Assembly (NCBI GenBank): GCA_964016885.1 | Contig: OZ024740.1 | Coordinates: forward strand, 182,590,001 to 182,654,000 | From: Eledone cirrhosa | Lineage: Eukaryota | DNA length: 64,000 bases | Reading direction: 5' to 3' | In this document: positions 14,673 through 29,015 of the stretch, one piece after another | Layout of the letters: each line of letters opens with the position of its first letter | Numbering within the stretch: position 1 is the stretch's first letter | The notes under the pieces: model-generated | Told to the model about the DNA's origin: nothing | Database searches by the model: none | Seen by the model: only the letters and a program-made list of their open reading frames with translations | Made by a program: the position numbers and the translations under genes

Positions 14673-15139
14673 GTATCAGTTCCACATAAAAAATACTAAA
14701 TGATATCCAAGTAAAGAAATGCAACGCGTGTTAGATGTTTGGAACAACGGGAAAACAACACAAATTTCCCTCAACATCCATGAAGAAAGAAAAAATGCAA
14801 AATCAGGAATTGACAAGTCACAATAATTCAAGGTAGAAAAATTAAATGTTTTTTTTTTTTTGTATTGGAGAAGGAACGGCATCACATGATGCGTCTCAGC
14901 CAATCAGATAGCTGCATTTCGGAGAAGAAAGACAATTGGCGGACCAGTCAGGCATTGTGAATTCTTTTTGTGTTAAACGAACAATTTTCAATTTCGTTAT
15001 TTTCGCATAGTTGCAAGAAATAAAATATTAGTTCCGTCAACTTTCTTTTCTATGTTTCTCTAGAAGTTTTTAGAAGTCTTTTAGAAGTTTTTCGAAGTTT
15101 TTTTAGAAGGCTGTGTAATGCATAAACAGGGTCAACCAC

Positions 15140-15341
15140 TTTAGACGAAATGTATTTGTGTATTTATGAGTTGCAAAAATATTCAGAAGAATACGAATGG
15201 CTTGTGCGTGTTTGAACAATCATCTTCAAGAAAAATGCGTGTTGTCGCTCTGCATCATCTTTTGCCGGAGTGTCTGTGTTATTTTTATGACGTCCGTTTG
15301 TGACGTCAGAACTATCACACCACAGGTGTCGCTTCGCTACA
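15140..15341 (-). repeat. 5' LTR (202 bp, TGTAGCGAAG...CGTCTAAA)
   Basis: Near-identical to 10981-11181; followed on the minus strand by PBS-like GTGGTTGACCC. Confidence 0.9.
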
Positions 15342-15619
15342 GTATAAAGTAGCGGGGTGTTCAGCTGTTATCAATCAATCACACCTTAACTTTGAGATGC
15401 AAAAATAGACACCAAACAATCCAAACATTTCAGAAACGCTTTTCTCTCTTTCAGGGGAAAAACATATTGGTCTGATGAAAAACATGTCTAGAGAGATGTG
15501 TTAATTATGCCAGAGCAATCGTGAGTAAATGTTATTCATGGTGCTTATGTTTACGGTAAGCGGAATGAAGATAGATCATGCATTACTAACTTCAGAAAAC
15601 CTCTTGCACCAGAGGTTTA

Positions 15620-15850
15620 CTCTTAGCTCATTTGTACCCAAACTTCACAAACATACTACCATTACAAATCCAGCATAATAGGTTCTTCTCATTTCTTTCT
15701 AGCTTGTTCCGGAATACTTGGAGTTCAATACTCCTATTTCACTGCTATGCAATATCACACTCTGTACCCAAGCATTATGCAAGCTCTCCTTCACTTAAAG
15801 AGAGGATCTCTTTTTTGGAAGCAGAGGTAACATCTTCCTGAACCTCTTGT
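15620..15850 (-). mobile_element. Old RTE LINE 3' remnant
   Basis: Minus-strand translation SL*VKESLHNAWVQSVILHSSE resembles the RTE ORF2 C-terminus (LRTKGQLYDACVRSAMLHGSE at 23.4 kb). Confidence 0.55.
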
Positions 15851-18800
15851 TTACTCTGTCATTACTCTTACTTTTATGACTTTGAAGCATCCACCTTCAT
15901 TATTAATTAAGTCACCTAGATAACAGAAAATGCCAACTAATAAGCAGCCCTCCAGACATTTGAAAGAATTAACTTTGTTGCAAATTTTAAAAAGACAAAA
16001 ATCTTGATATATATTTTCCCAAAATACAATTAATGAAAACTAGATTCTATGATTATTGTTTGTGCTCTACTCATGCCACCAGCAAAACACATTACTGCTT
16101 GCTTGACTGAAGAAAATATAGGCTCCACTCATACATGACAATTAACCAGTTAGCAATAAATGAGAGCATCTAACTATAAGAATTATATTCTTACAAATAA
16201 ACCACTGCCTCCAATCGATGCATATAGAACAATGGATACAAAAATGAATAAACAACAGCTTTGTAATTTGGGCAATGACTCAAAATTCATTTATATACTA
16301 AATTAAAGATTGTTTTCTTTTAAATACATGTTTACAATAATCAGAAATAATTTATGCAACAACTCTTCATTTACAAGTTATTCACTGAAGAGAAAATTGA
16401 AGTCATTCCAAATAATAATTGTTTATTAAGTACAGCTGAAGGAACACTAGAATAATAGAGGGTATATAATTGACGATTCTGATTTACAACTAAAACTCGG
16501 ATGTATAAATGACAAAATGTAAATGCTATATAGTAAAATACTTTATGTATATAGAAGGCATATAAAAGTGGGCTCTTAATGGTTTTGAGGTTATTTCTAA
16601 ATATTTTATTATCTTCATTTAAAGATGGTATCTATTTTACTTAATGAATGTTTAGGTTTACATTAAACTGGCTGTTGATATTCTGTCCTGGTTCTATGAT
16701 ACAAACCTGTTTATTTCGAAGTGTATATATTTATCTAAAAATCTACCATAATAATTTTATGTAATAACTTCTGTTAAGTAGGCTCCAAACACAAAATGAA
16801 ACCGATTCCAAACAAGTTCAATCTTAAGGGAGAGTCTGCCTCATGGTCCTGGCTAACAGGAAGGAGATGTTATTGCCCTGGAAGATGATGAGGGAGACAC
16901 GCTGGAACAGCCACTCCAAACTATGATATTATGCAAGATCTAACAGAATTACACAAGATCTAACATATATTTTCTGTCAAATATTTATGCTGGCTGGGTT
17001 GTTTGTTACTTTCTAAATTAGTTCATATTTGGTGTTACTACTTTCTTAGACAGGTACGAAGACTAAATCTTATTTGTATATTTCATTATTACTATTTATC
17101 ATGATGAAGTATTCACTTGCTTTTAATATTTTAAAAATATACTGTTATCTCTATTGTCAGAAATACGCACCAAAACAAAAAGAAAATACAATTTTCTTTA
17201 TGTAAAAGAGCAACTTCTTTAGGCTCAGATTTCACAAATGTTCTTTTAGAAACTAATCTGAAAATTTTTATTATTTTTGTTGAAACAGACCCCAAACAGA
17301 AGTTTATATTTCAAGTTTATAGCTAATATATCTTTGTCTACTATGTATCTTCCACAATAATTTCAATTATAGTATGTCTTTTAACCTTTTTACAACCATA
17401 TTTTTATTGAAATGCAATGGACTAGGGTAGTGTAGTGTCTTTAGTATTGTTGAGGGCATTTTAACCCCTCTAGTTCTGATACCATGGTAAATGGCACCCA
17501 GTAGAGTCAGTAAAATATTTGGCATGCGGAAGTACATCCAATCAAGAATCTATGCCAAAAATTGAAACACACATAAGAAACATGGTCCTCCAACTCATGT
17601 CTGCGTGCACTAACACCCTATAAGAACTGAGTCAGACTATAACAACTAACATGGAAAGCAGGCACAACATGATGATAATCATGATGATGGTGGTATAATG
17701 TCTGAACTCCAGTTAATGTTTAAAACTGAATATAGACTTTTTCATTTATTACTTTGGTAAGTTCAACGTTTCAAATATAACTACTGAAAAAGTCCTTACA
17801 TAAAATTATGCAAGCTGGGAAAAGCGGACATAAAATGATGATGATGAAGTTTTAAATATAAACAAGAACATCTTAAAATAGATGTTTTTTATATCTAAAA
17901 TGTAGAGATGGTCTCAACCCTGTTCGTATCTAAAGGATTATCATAGAGTATACATTTATCCTTCCACACCAAAGAAAATATATACTTTCACATTACTATA
18001 ACATTCATGAGCACACCTTGATAAAGTAATCTATCCATCATAACACAATACTGATATTCACATCAGTAATATATTTACACTGTAACAACTTGAATGACAA
18101 TTTAGCAATGACACATTTTAAACAACTTCTCAATTGTTTCTTATTGAAAACATCTTGGTTGGAAATATTCCTCTTGGAAAAACAAAAGAAAGAGTATTAT
18201 AGGTTTAAATATAAAGAACATTTTAAAATTAGATTAAAAAAGAACTTTGGAGTTCTGAGCCTGAAAAGCTCTTCTGTATGACAAGAATGTAGAAGTTTTC
18301 CTTTTTTTTTCTTTGGGAGGAGGGGGGATTTCGTGCTGTTTTTAACATATCTCTGACTATAGAGATAACAGCATGGTACAAAAATGTTAGAAACAACATT
18401 ATGGGAATTATTTGATATAATGGAATGAATTTAAGCCATTTCTTTAAGAACAATGATTTAAAATATTAATTAAGAGTTTTTCTTAATATATTTATTTAGT
18501 TGATATGTGGATATTGTTTTCTCTTTCATTTTAGTTTTTCTTTCAAAAAAGTATTATGAAGCTATACAACTGTGAATGTAATAAGAAATGATTTGAAATA
18601 TAATACATCACATTGAAATGGGAGGCAAGTTTATCTTAAAGTTTCATAATATTTTCTTTGCATAGCTTCAGTTTGTGAAGACATATTATTCAGGTGACGA
18701 AATGAAAAGAATCTGCATTGAGAGGTGAACTAGTGGCTGTTATTACATTACTAGATAACCTAAACATTGGATTTTCTGCTAGATGAAAGAAATAATTAAC

Positions 18801-19281
18801 AAAATATCATCCATGTGAAAAGCAAATCGGTTTTATCATATTTAATGCCAATCCAATCAAATCCTGGGCCTTCTTACTCTTATTGGAGGAATCTCTATCT
18901 GGTTGACCTCCACCACCTTTTTTGGTTTTGGTCATATTTTGTGGGTGTAGCCGTACTCATCACACTTGGCCAATTGCGGGTTGATGAGTTTATTTAACCC
19001 ATAGTTGGGATGGATGGCCATTTACTCTGAGTTCATTCACTCTTTTAAGAGCTCTTGATTTTTGTGCTACAGGTGTTCCACTTACCCACCTCACCGAAAC
19101 AAAGTCTGGTGGAAGAGCTAGTTTAGTCACCAACCATTTGACCATGAAGCAGGTTGTACTGGGTTACATTATACCATAAGCAGGCAGAAGCCTGACCTGA
19201 CGATATATAATGCAGGAAGGGGTGTAAAAAGCTATATAGAAATAATTATGTGATGAGGAAAAAAGGGTAGTCATAATTAAT

Positions 19282-19489
19282 GGTTTCTTATATAGGCACA
19301 AGGCCAGCAATTTTGAGGGAGGGGAAGTCAATCAAATTGACCCCAGTGCATGACTGGTACTTTATTTTATCGACCTCGTAAGGATGAAAGGCAAGGTTAA
19401 CCTCGGCAGGATTTGAACTCAGATCATAAAGGGATATAACTCTATGCTTCAAAGCATGGTGTCTGACCCTCTACCGATACGGCCAATCC
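19282..19489 (-). mobile_element. tRNA-derived SINE with 19-bp TSD
   Basis: Head tggattggccgtatcggtagag..gagttcaaatcctgcc, core gcctttcatccttacgaggtcgataaaataaagtaccag; TSD AAGGGTAGTCATAATTAAT at 19263-19281 and 19490-19508; related copy at 62430-62615. Confidence 0.85.
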
Positions 19490-20096
19490 AAGGGTAGTCA
19501 TAATTAATATAAGTGAATGTGTTATGTAAATATGCATGAATGGCAAAACATAGATGGGCTTAGAAAAAGACTGGGTATAAGAAGAATCAAATATTGTGTG
19601 CTATACAGAAGAAAGAAGACTGTGTTGGGAGGGCTATGAGATGGCTATAAATGATGATTGTTGGGTGAACAATTGCTAGGAGATCGACAATGGGTTGGCA
19701 TAACTGCTCTAGTTAGCAGGAATATCTATAAGTATACAGGTGTGGGGAGCCGAATATATTCTAACCATTAGAAAAAGCAAACTCAATGCTTCACCAGCGA
19801 TGGTGGGGATATTCAAGAAGAGGAAGTTTGTGGAAGACCAGCAGTCACCCGTACATATCAGTTTTTCCCTCTCCACACCACTGACGTCATCCAGAAGAGG
19901 GACAAAGACCAATACAGCTTAACACAAAGGAACATCGCAACTCATTTCTACAGCTTAGTCATTTAGAGCAATGTAAAATAAAGTGTCTTGGTAAAGGACT
20001 TAACACAGCCCCGGTCTGGGAATTGAACTCACAGCTTTATTAATGTAACCATTAAACTATGTGCCTTCACACACACACACACATACATATATCTAT

Positions 20097-20690
<594 letters not shown>

Positions 20691-20856
20691 TAGATAGATA
20701 AATATACACGGGTGTGTATGATTGTGTATAGAAGATTATATTAATAAAAGGAATTCCAACTTTGTCTGATTTACTCGTTTTATTTACAATCGTTTAAAAT
20801 TTATAATGGTATTAGAATGAAATAGTATGGTAGAATATTAAATGTTAAGTGTTAAT

Positions 20857-20895
20857 TGAACAAGTACTTTCATGCTTTCGCAATCTTCAGGTTCA
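20857..20895 (-). ncRNA. Minimal type I hammerhead ribozyme (PLE pLTR)
   Basis: tgaac-CTGAAGA-ttgc gaaa gcat-GAAA-gtac-TT-gttca; stem I tgaac/gttca and palindromic stem III; mutated copy at 30341-30379. Confidence 0.8.
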
Positions 20896-21269
20896 TAATG
20901 TGTGGTGACAGGCAGGTTTGCAATTTTCAACTGTAATGAGATGGGTAAATTGTGTGCCTTATATACAGTGAAAAGTGGCTCCAGAATGCTGAATCTTGCA
21001 AACTGTATTTCGACCAATCGGTGTGTAGTTTCACTAGATTACTAAAGCTGATTGGTTTAGGCGTCACGGTTGGTTGAGCCTGTTTAACGACTACTAATTG
21101 ACCCTATCCAAAGAATCAGTTGTTTTACTATTTTTAGAAATGATGAAAATAGCATTTTCTAGTAACCATCAACATCACTTTTATTATTATTATTATTGTT
21201 GTTGTTGTTGTTAGTGATCGTAGTCGACATGGTCGTAGTCATAGTCATAGTAGGAGTAATCCCCCATTA

Positions 21270-21650
21270 TTATTGTTCATTTAGCTTGGGTTTGAATTGA
21301 TAAACAACATTCTTTTCTTTGATTTTTCTCTTGATTTCACTTGGGCTGTGTAATTTGTAGAATGGGAATATTATAAACATTCCCTGACCACATGTTGCTA
21401 GATGGTTACTTAGGGGTATCTGACGGACATTTGGGTCTATGATTTGCTGTCGGTGTACCCGTGCACGTTCCAATAGTGCATTTCCAGTTTGACCGACATA
21501 TAGTTCTTCACAATTCGGCCATTTAATGCAGTAAATTAGATTTCTGCTTTTGCAGTTCATATTTGCATTTGGGAATATTTTTCCAGTTTTTGTTTTCATA
21601 TATTGACCGGCGTGTATGGATTGACATGTGCCACATCGACTATCATGCAT
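21270..21650 (-). CDS. PLE GIY-YIG endonuclease domain (fragment)
   Basis: CGTCQSIH..CKSRNLIYCIKWPNCEELYVGQTGNALLERARVHR..HL..C..E..V.QFKPKLN. Confidence 0.85.
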   Translation of the reverse strand: MHDSRCGTCQSIHAGQYMKTKTGKIFPNANMNCKSRNLIYCIKWPNCEELYVGQTGNALLERARVHRQQIIDPNVRQIPLSNHLATCGQGMFIIFPFYKLHSPSEIKRKIKEKNVVYQFKPKLNEQ

Positions 21651-22824
21651 TTAGATACAGTGAATGATTGGTCTTTGTTGTTAAGGTCAAACTTTGCTTT
21701 TGTTAGTAATTGCTTCAAATTGTTCGGCTGTCTTTTACTAAGAGTCAAAGATCGATCTGTGATTAAGCCTTTTACTTCATTACTTTGAACAATGATCGGT
21801 AGGTTTGCTTTGGCAGTGTTGAAGATATTCTGGTGACATGGGTTGTGTGTCATTATAAATGGTATGACCAGTTCTTAGTTTCTTCTTGGGTTGTCCTAAG
21901 TTGTATAGGTATTTTTATAGCCTGCTGTATGCCATTTAAATACCTATACAACATAAAAATACCTATACAACAACTTAGGTCAACCCAAGGAAGAAGAAAC
22001 CAAGAACTGGTCATACCATTTATAATGACACACAACTCATGTCACCAGAATATCTTCAACACTGCCAAAGCAAACCTACCGATCATTGCTCAAAGTAATG
22101 AAGTAAAAGGCTTAATCACAGATCGATCTTTGACTCTTAGTAAAAGACAGCCGAACAATTTGAAGCAATTACTAACAAAAGCAAAGTTTGACCTTAACAA
22201 CAAAGACCAATCATTCACTGTATCTAAATGCATGATAGTCGATGTGGCACATGTCAATCCATACACGCCGGTCAATATATGAAAACAAAAACCCATTGCT
22301 TCTACCCCTGACCCCATATTCATCTAATAAAAAATCACTGATGTATACAGTGTTTGATTTACAAACGACTGCCAGCAATGTAAAGCCTTGCTCAAATTTA
22401 TTATTGCCTTAAATAAATATAATCCCATTAATTCACTATATTTTCAATGGATTCTTTTTAAAAATGCTGATAATCTTTAATTTGTTTGAAAATATTGATT
22501 CACAAAGAATTGCAACATCTCACCCAATAGATGATGAAGTTGAGTTTCCTAAATGTGCACAAACAAAAATATTAGCAAATGTAGCACATAAAAAATTAAA
22601 ACTATTTGCTCTTACATTTTTTGCATAATCTCAGAAAACATTGTTAAATACTGTACTAATTTATATAATCAATTACTTTAAATGAGACACTTTTCTGATT
22701 AATTAATTTTTCAAATATCAGTGGCAGTATTCCTAGTTCTTCTATTTCTGAAAGTCACATAATCTGAATTTTTCAAGGTAAAATTGCAGCTAGATAGATA
22801 CAAAATTGTCACTTACAACTTGGA

Positions 22825-22877
<53 letters not shown>

Positions 22878-22972
22878 TATATTGCCTGCATGCACATGGG
22901 AAGGTGTAGGCTTGTAGGAAAAATTGAGGTGATGTTGAGATAGCTATCATCTGGCATGATAAAGTAAACAGC

Positions 22973-25082
22973 ATCATCATCATCATCATCATCATCATTT
23001 TACGTATGCTTTTCCCTGCTTGCAAGGGTGGGACGGGTCTTATTCAGCACAGCATCTCTCCACTTGTCATCTCCACCATGAGTTTCAGCAATATGAGGTC
23101 TGCTTTCACCACCTCCGCCCATGTTTTTCGTGGTCTACCTCTACCATGTCTTCCTTCAACTGGCATTTCCTGGCACTTCTTCACCCATCGGTCATCCTCC
23201 ATGCGCATCACATGTCCATACCACCGCAGTCTCCTCTCTTGCACACTACATTCTATCCCTCTCAGACACATTTTTTCTCTCAACATATCCATGCTGGGTC
23301 GTTCACGCACATTGACATTGCACATCCAACGGAGCATGCTTGCCTCATTTCTCTCCAGCTGTCGCATGTCTTCTGCAGTTGCTGCACATATCTCACTACC
23401 ATGCAGCATTGCGCTCCTCACACAGGCATCATATAACTGGCCTTTCGTACGCAGGGAGAAACCCTTCTTTGTCAGCAGAGCAAGCAGCTCCCTAAACTTC
23501 TTCCAACTCGTCCTTATTCTAGATTCTATGGCCTCGGAACACCCCCCTCCCATGCTAATCTGATCTCCTAGGTACCGGAAGCTATCCACCTCTTCTATAG
23601 CACCCGCCTGCATTTGAAAAATGTGTCTATCAATGCGACTTCTACTGTCTAATTTCCCTGTACATCTACTGCATACGTATTTCTCTCTACCTGTTAGTTT
23701 GCCTGCTATCCCACTAAGTCTCTTGTGTACCCCGGATCTGCATTGTGTGCATTTTATAGAATTTATGCCAGTTCCTTTTCTGCATATCAAACATGGGCAT
23801 TTCCCTGACAGAATCAGAGTTTTGTCCTCTTTTCTACTTTTCTCTCTCAGTCCTTTGCTTCCAACTGCTGTTTCCATAGCCAGAATTTATTCTCTAGCTC
23901 CTCTACTGATTCTGCTATAAGAACCAGATCGTCAGCATAGAGAAGTTGCCATGGACAGCCAGTCTTAAACTCCTCTGTTATGGCTTGGAGGACTATAATG
24001 AACAAGAGCAGGCTGAGGACCAAACCTTGATGTACTCCTACTTGTATCTGGAATTCCTCACTAATCTCCATTCCTACCCTGACTTTACTGATAGCACCTC
24101 TGTACAAAGTTTGCACTGTCCTCACAAGCCATTCCTCAACACATAGTTTCCTTAGGGATCACCAGATGACAGATTGGGGGACCCTATCAAAGGCCTTCTC
24201 TAGGTCAACAAAGGCTAAGTATAGTGGCTTATTTTTCTCTAAGAACCTCTCTTGTAATTGTCTCACCAAGAAGAGGGAATCTGTTGTACTCTTCCCAGGC
24301 ACAAAACCAAACTGCATCTCATCTAGTTTGAACCTTTCTCCAATTAGTAGTGCTAATATCCTTTCTACCACTTTCATAACCTGATCCATCAGTTTTATAC
24401 CCCTATAATTGCTCCTCTCCAGAGCATCCCCTTTACCTTTTGTAGCAATTTATGAGAATACTGCTGCACCAGTCTTTGGGTATGACACCACCATATATAG
24501 CCTGATTGATGATGCATGCAACCAGTTTAGTGCCTACACCCCCTGATGCCTTCTGCATCTCAACAACTATCCCCGACGGTCCAGCAGCCTTACCATTTTT
24601 CATTTCCTTAATCGCCTCTTTGACCCTATATTCGTCAATCTCAATAGCTGGTCCCTCTGTCGAATCTACTTAGGGTAATTTCTATCTCCCCCATTCGTTC
24701 TCCACATTCATCAATCTCCCATAATGATATTTCCAGGCCTCCTCTTTCTGATCATTCGTGACACTAAGTACACCGGCACCATTCCGGACACATTTATCTC
24801 CAACAACATCCTGATTTGCCTTGACACACTGCCTGCAATGTGGAACACCGCACACCTCTGATCTTTCCATCCCAGAACATTGGCAAACCTCCTTCGCTCA
24901 GCCTCCCTGCGTCCTAGGTACACCTGACGTCTAGCTTTTCTCTTAGTGGCTGTATATTCTTCTCTACTCCAACCCTTTTTCCAAGCCCTCCTTGCTCTAT
25001 TTACTGTGCTGTTCCACCAGCAGTTCACTCTCTGTCTGGTTGGAGTAATGCTCCAGCCACAAGTTTCATCAGTAGCCTACCG
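22973..25082 (-). mobile_element. 5'-truncated, frameshifted RTE LINE
   Basis: RT motifs [32 protein letters not shown]; PHD-like CLIC..CTQC..H..CSRC; RGRPRKTW; (GAT)n tail 22973-22998. Confidence 0.92.
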
Positions 25083-25103
25083 TAAGTTGTCAGCATATAT
25101 ATA

Positions 25104-25166
<63 letters not shown>

Positions 25167-25171
25167 TTATT

Positions 25172-25495
25172 TTTAATATAGAAAAGCTTCTACAGGATTA
25201 GAACTATTTCATTCGAGAAATCATCAGGAAGCTGACTGTCAAAGTAAATGTGGTGGTATTTATATTTTTTCTGGTGGTAGGAGATGGTGGGGATTGGGAT
25301 GAATGAGGTCATTGGTTGAGGGATTTAAAGAAAAATCCCACTCAACAAAATGCTCCCTCCACCTCCTTCCCACCCTACCCCTACCCCCTCTCGACCCAAA
25401 ATACGGCACCATGGTTGTGTAAGTACTTCTTTCCTATCTGCTTTTTCCACATGTAGAGCGTACATCATTTCTATACATGTATATGTGTGTGTATA
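25172..25495. mobile_element. Rearranged Naiad-like pLTR fragment
   Basis: 25172-25325 matches 34154-34312 and includes a hammerhead at 25185-25233 (minus); 25330-25495 is an inverted copy of 31765-31900. Confidence 0.7.
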
Positions 25496-25507
25496 TATAT
25501 GAGTGTA

Positions 25508-28500
25508 TCATCATCATCATCATCATCATCAACGTTTAACGTCCGTGTTCCAAGCTTGCATAGGTTTGGACGGGGGTAGTCCCACTTGAGGCAAGAGTGA
25601 TTGTCTTGCTCGCATAGGACTGTCTGGCAGGTTTTCTACAGTTGGATGCCCTTCCTAACACCAACCACATTTACAGTGTGGGTTTGGGACGTTTTTACCG
25701 TGTTGCCTACACGGCCACATTACAGCGTGGACTGTGTGTTTTTTTGTCGTGAGACCTACACGATCTCATTTGTTTCGGCCTGGATGGTGTGGCACCAACA
25801 CAACTTTACATAGAACGGGGTGGCGTGGATGGGGTGGGGTGGTGGGACGGGGAGGGGGGGGTTACTTTGTTAGAGATGCCTACTGGCTGTAGTAGGTTTT
25901 ACTATGTATTTAGGTAAGGCGGGTATTCTCTGTTACTGAGTACCGCCAAAGGTCTCGGTCCAGTGACATTGTCTTGGAGAGGTGTAAGTGTGTGAGGTCG
26001 GAGTTTATCAGCTCGTCCCAGGTTTTTCTAGGTCTGCCTATTCCGTGGCTACCGTCTATCTTTATTGCCCTGCACTTTGTTATACAGCTATCGACTTTCA
26101 TGCGCATCACGTGTCCATACCAACGTAGCCTTCTCTCGAGTAAACAACATCTGATCCCTCTTATTTCTAATTTTTTCCTTAGTTCGTTTATGCTTTGCCG
26201 TTCACGTATATTACTGTTACACATCCAGCGGAGCATGCAAGCTTCGTTCCTCTCTAGTCTGCGTATATCCTCTGCACACAATGCCCAGGTCTCAGTGCCA
26301 TGCAACATTGCTGTTCGTATGCAGGCATCGTACAACCTGCCTTTCATTTTTAGGGAGAACCTTTTAGCAGCTAATAGTGGTATAAGCTCTCTGAACTTTT
26401 TCCAACCAGTTCTGACTCTAGCTACTGTACTTTTAGAGCACCCTCCCCCACTGCTGATTTTATCACCCAGGTAACGGAAACTGTCCACTATTTCTATAGA
26501 ACCCTCTGCACAATTGAAAGAGCTAGTATTTGTGGGCACTTGCTGCTACTTATTGCACCAGAGCACCGGCCACATGTAAAATCTATGTTCTTAGTTAGCT
26601 TACCTGTGATCCCACTACATCTTTTATGCACCCATACTTTGCATTTAGGACATAAAATGGAGTTTCTACCTACGCCTTTCCTACACACCGAGCACGACCA
26701 TTTCCCAGAAGGGACCGCCGCCTTATTTTCTTTCCTACAAACTAGAACTTTAGTCTTAGCCAGGTTAATTTTAAGGCCTTTTGATTCTAGGCCGTGCTTC
26801 CATGTTTGGAATTTCTTCTCTAGCTCGGCCATTGATTCCGCTATGAGTGTCAGGTCGTCTGCGTATAGGAGTTCCCATGGGCAGCCGGTCTTGAACTCCT
26901 CTGTTATAGCCTGAAGGGCAATAATAAATAGTAGGGGGCTGAGAACAGAGCCCTGATGGACGCCAACTTTTATGCTAAACTCTTCACTATATTCGTTGTT
27001 AATTCTAACCTTGCTGACTGTTTCTTTATACATGGCTTGTATAGCTCTCACAAGCCATTCGTCAACGCCTAGTTTTCTAAGAGCCCACCAGATAATGGAG
27101 CGGGGGACTCTGTCGAAGGCTTTCTCCAAGTCGACAAAAGCTAAGTAGAGGGGTTTACCTTTAGCTAGGTACTTCTCCTGTAGTTGTCGTACAATGAAAA
27201 GAGCGTCTGTGGTACTTTTGCCTGACACAAACCCGAACTGCATTTCATCTAGGTCAATTCTCTCTCTGATTAGTTGTGCTATTACTTTTTCCGTGACCTT
27301 CATGACCTGGTCGATTAATTTAATGCCTCTATAGTTACTCCTATCTAGGGCGTCTCCTTTACCCTTATAACAGTTAACGATGATGCTGCTATGCCAGTCC
27401 TTCGGAACAACCCCATTCTGTACGACTTGGTTAACTATGCGGGTGACCATGGTGTGTCCCACCGTGCCAGATGCCTTCAGCATCTCAGCAACTATTTCCG
27501 AAGGCCCAGCCGCCTTACCCGTCTTCATATCCTTGATTGCCTTACTTATTATACTCCCCTCGACTAACACTGCTGGTCCCTCTATTGGGTCGATATGGGG
27601 GAGACTGTCTTTCTCCCATTTATTCTCCTCATTTAGTAGCCTTTCATAGTGACACTTCCAAGCTACCTTCTTATCAGCGTCGGTGATGGCAAGTGTGCCA
27701 TCGTCGTTTAGTACACACTTCTCCCCGACAATATCACGGTTTTCCTTGACGCATTGCCTAGCAATCCTGAACACCTCACGTTTTTGGTCATCGCGTTGTA
27801 GAACATGCTTGAACTTTCTTTCCTCAGCTTCCCTTCTTGCTAAGTACACTTGTCTCCTAGCTTCCCTCCTGGCCACTTGATAGTCTTCTCTACTTCCCCC
27901 ATCCCGCCATACTTTCCAAGCCTGCTTTTTGGCCTTAATTGACCCCTCCACCTTACTGTTCCACCACCATGTTACTCTCCTCCTTCCTACAGGCCTGCTC
28001 CAGCCACAGACTTCGTCTGTCGCCAACAGCAGGTTTGCTTTCAGAAATTCCCACTCTCCCTCTATATTGTCCGACTCTAAATGTTCTTCCTTACTTTCGA
28101 AAGCATCAAGTAATATGCTTTGAAATTTATTCCTGGCTGTGGGGTCCTTTAGCTTCCATATTTTTCTCCTGAGGATAGTCCTCTTCTGCTGTCGAGTACG
28201 TCTCGTCCTGACTATGAGGTCGCTAATTATCAGTCTATGTTGGGAGGTGCATTCTTCATGGGGGAGGGATTTAGTGTTTACAACAGACACTCTGTCACGT
28301 CTTCTGGTAAGGATATAATCTACCTGGCTTGTGTGTTCCCCGGATCTATAGGTGATCAGGTGATTGTCACGTTTTTTGAAGTTAGTGTTACAGATAGTCA
28401 GGTTATTTGCATCACAGAATTCCAGGATTCTGGAGCCTTCCTCATTTCTAGTACCAAACCCATAGCCTCCATGGATTTCGTCGTAGCCGTCACAATGTTG

Positions 28501-28790
28501 TCCAACGTGACCATTTAGGTCGCCTGCAATAATTATATAGTCACTGTCGGATATTTGGGAGGTAGTTAGCATCAGTGTCTCATAGAATCTGTCTTTTATA
28601 GTGCCGGGCAGTCCGGATTGGGGTGCGTACGCAGATATTACTGTCACCGTAGTTCTATTGAGGACAAGTCGTATTTTAATTATTCTGTCGTTCACTCTAT
28701 TTACGTCTATTATCTTATCTGCCCACTTTTCTGCTACCATGATTCCTACTCCACCCAGCCCATCGTCGTTTCCCACCCAGAAAAGCTTAT
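25508..28790 (-). mobile_element. RTE LINE, near-complete ORF2, 5'-truncated
   Basis: APE + RT + PHD-like finger with a single frameshift near 26530; 3' UTR ending in (GAT)n at 25508-25529. Confidence 0.95.
26494..28776 (-). CDS. RTE ORF2: AP endonuclease + reverse transcriptase + PHD-like finger
   Basis: 760 aa: [34 protein letters not shown]; [35 protein letters not shown]; CSVC..CPKC..VHKRC..CGRC; continues in ORF 25910-26539. Confidence 0.93.
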   Translation of the reverse strand: MGNDDGLGGVGIMVAEKWADKIIDVNRVNDRIIKIRLVLNRTTVTVISAYAPQSGLPGTIKDRFYETLMLTTSQISDSDYIIIAGDLNGHVGQHCDGYDEIHGGYGFGTRNEEGSRILEFCDANNLTICNTNFKKRDNHLITYRSGEHTSQVDYILTRRRDRVSVVNTKSLPHEECTSQHRLIISDLIVRTRRTRQQKRTILRRKIWKLKDPTARNKFQSILLDAFESKEEHLESDNIEGEWEFLKANLLLATDEVCGWSRPVGRRRVTWWWNSKVEGSIKAKKQAWKVWRDGGSREDYQVARREARRQVYLARREAEERKFKHVLQRDDQKREVFRIARQCVKENRDIVGEKCVLNDDGTLAITDADKKVAWKCHYERLLNEENKWEKDSLPHIDPIEGPAVLVEGSIISKAIKDMKTGKAAGPSEIVAEMLKASGTVGHTMVTRIVNQVVQNGVVPKDWHSSIIVNCYKGKGDALDRSNYRGIKLIDQVMKVTEKVIAQLIRERIDLDEMQFGFVSGKSTTDALFIVRQLQEKYLAKGKPLYLAFVDLEKAFDRVPRSIIWWALRKLGVDEWLVRAIQAMYKETVSKVRINNEYSEEFSIKVGVHQGSVLSPLLFIIALQAITEEFKTGCPWELLYADDLTLIAESMAELEKKFQTWKHGLESKGLKINLAKTKVLVCRKENKAAVPSGKWSCSVCRKGVGRNSILCPKCKVWVHKRCSGITGKLTKNIDFTCGRCSGAISSSKCPQILALSIVQRVL

Positions 28791-28875
28791 AACATCGTAT
28801 GTATGTACGTATTTGTATGAGTGTATGAGTGGCTGTATGTATGTGTATGTTTGTGTGTATGTGCGTATATATGTA

Positions 28876-28964
<89 letters not shown>

Positions 28965-28975
28965 GTGCATATATG

Positions 28976-29015
<40 letters not shown>

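Larger units (their letters stand above)
10267..15341 (-). mobile_element. Ty3/Gypsy LTR retrotransposon with tandem three-LTR structure
   Basis: gag-PR-RT-RNaseH-IN order on the minus strand; LTR copies at 15140-15341, 10981-11181 and partial 10267-10352; 4-bp TSD GTAT at 10263-10266 and 15342-15345. Confidence 0.93.
20708..22292 (-). mobile_element. Penelope-like element (Neptune-like) 3' part with inverted 5' duplication
   Basis: GIY-YIG ORF 21270-21650; upstream linker ORF 21596-21853; 21586-21918 duplicated in inverted orientation at 21953-22292; pLTR with hammerhead. Confidence 0.85.
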
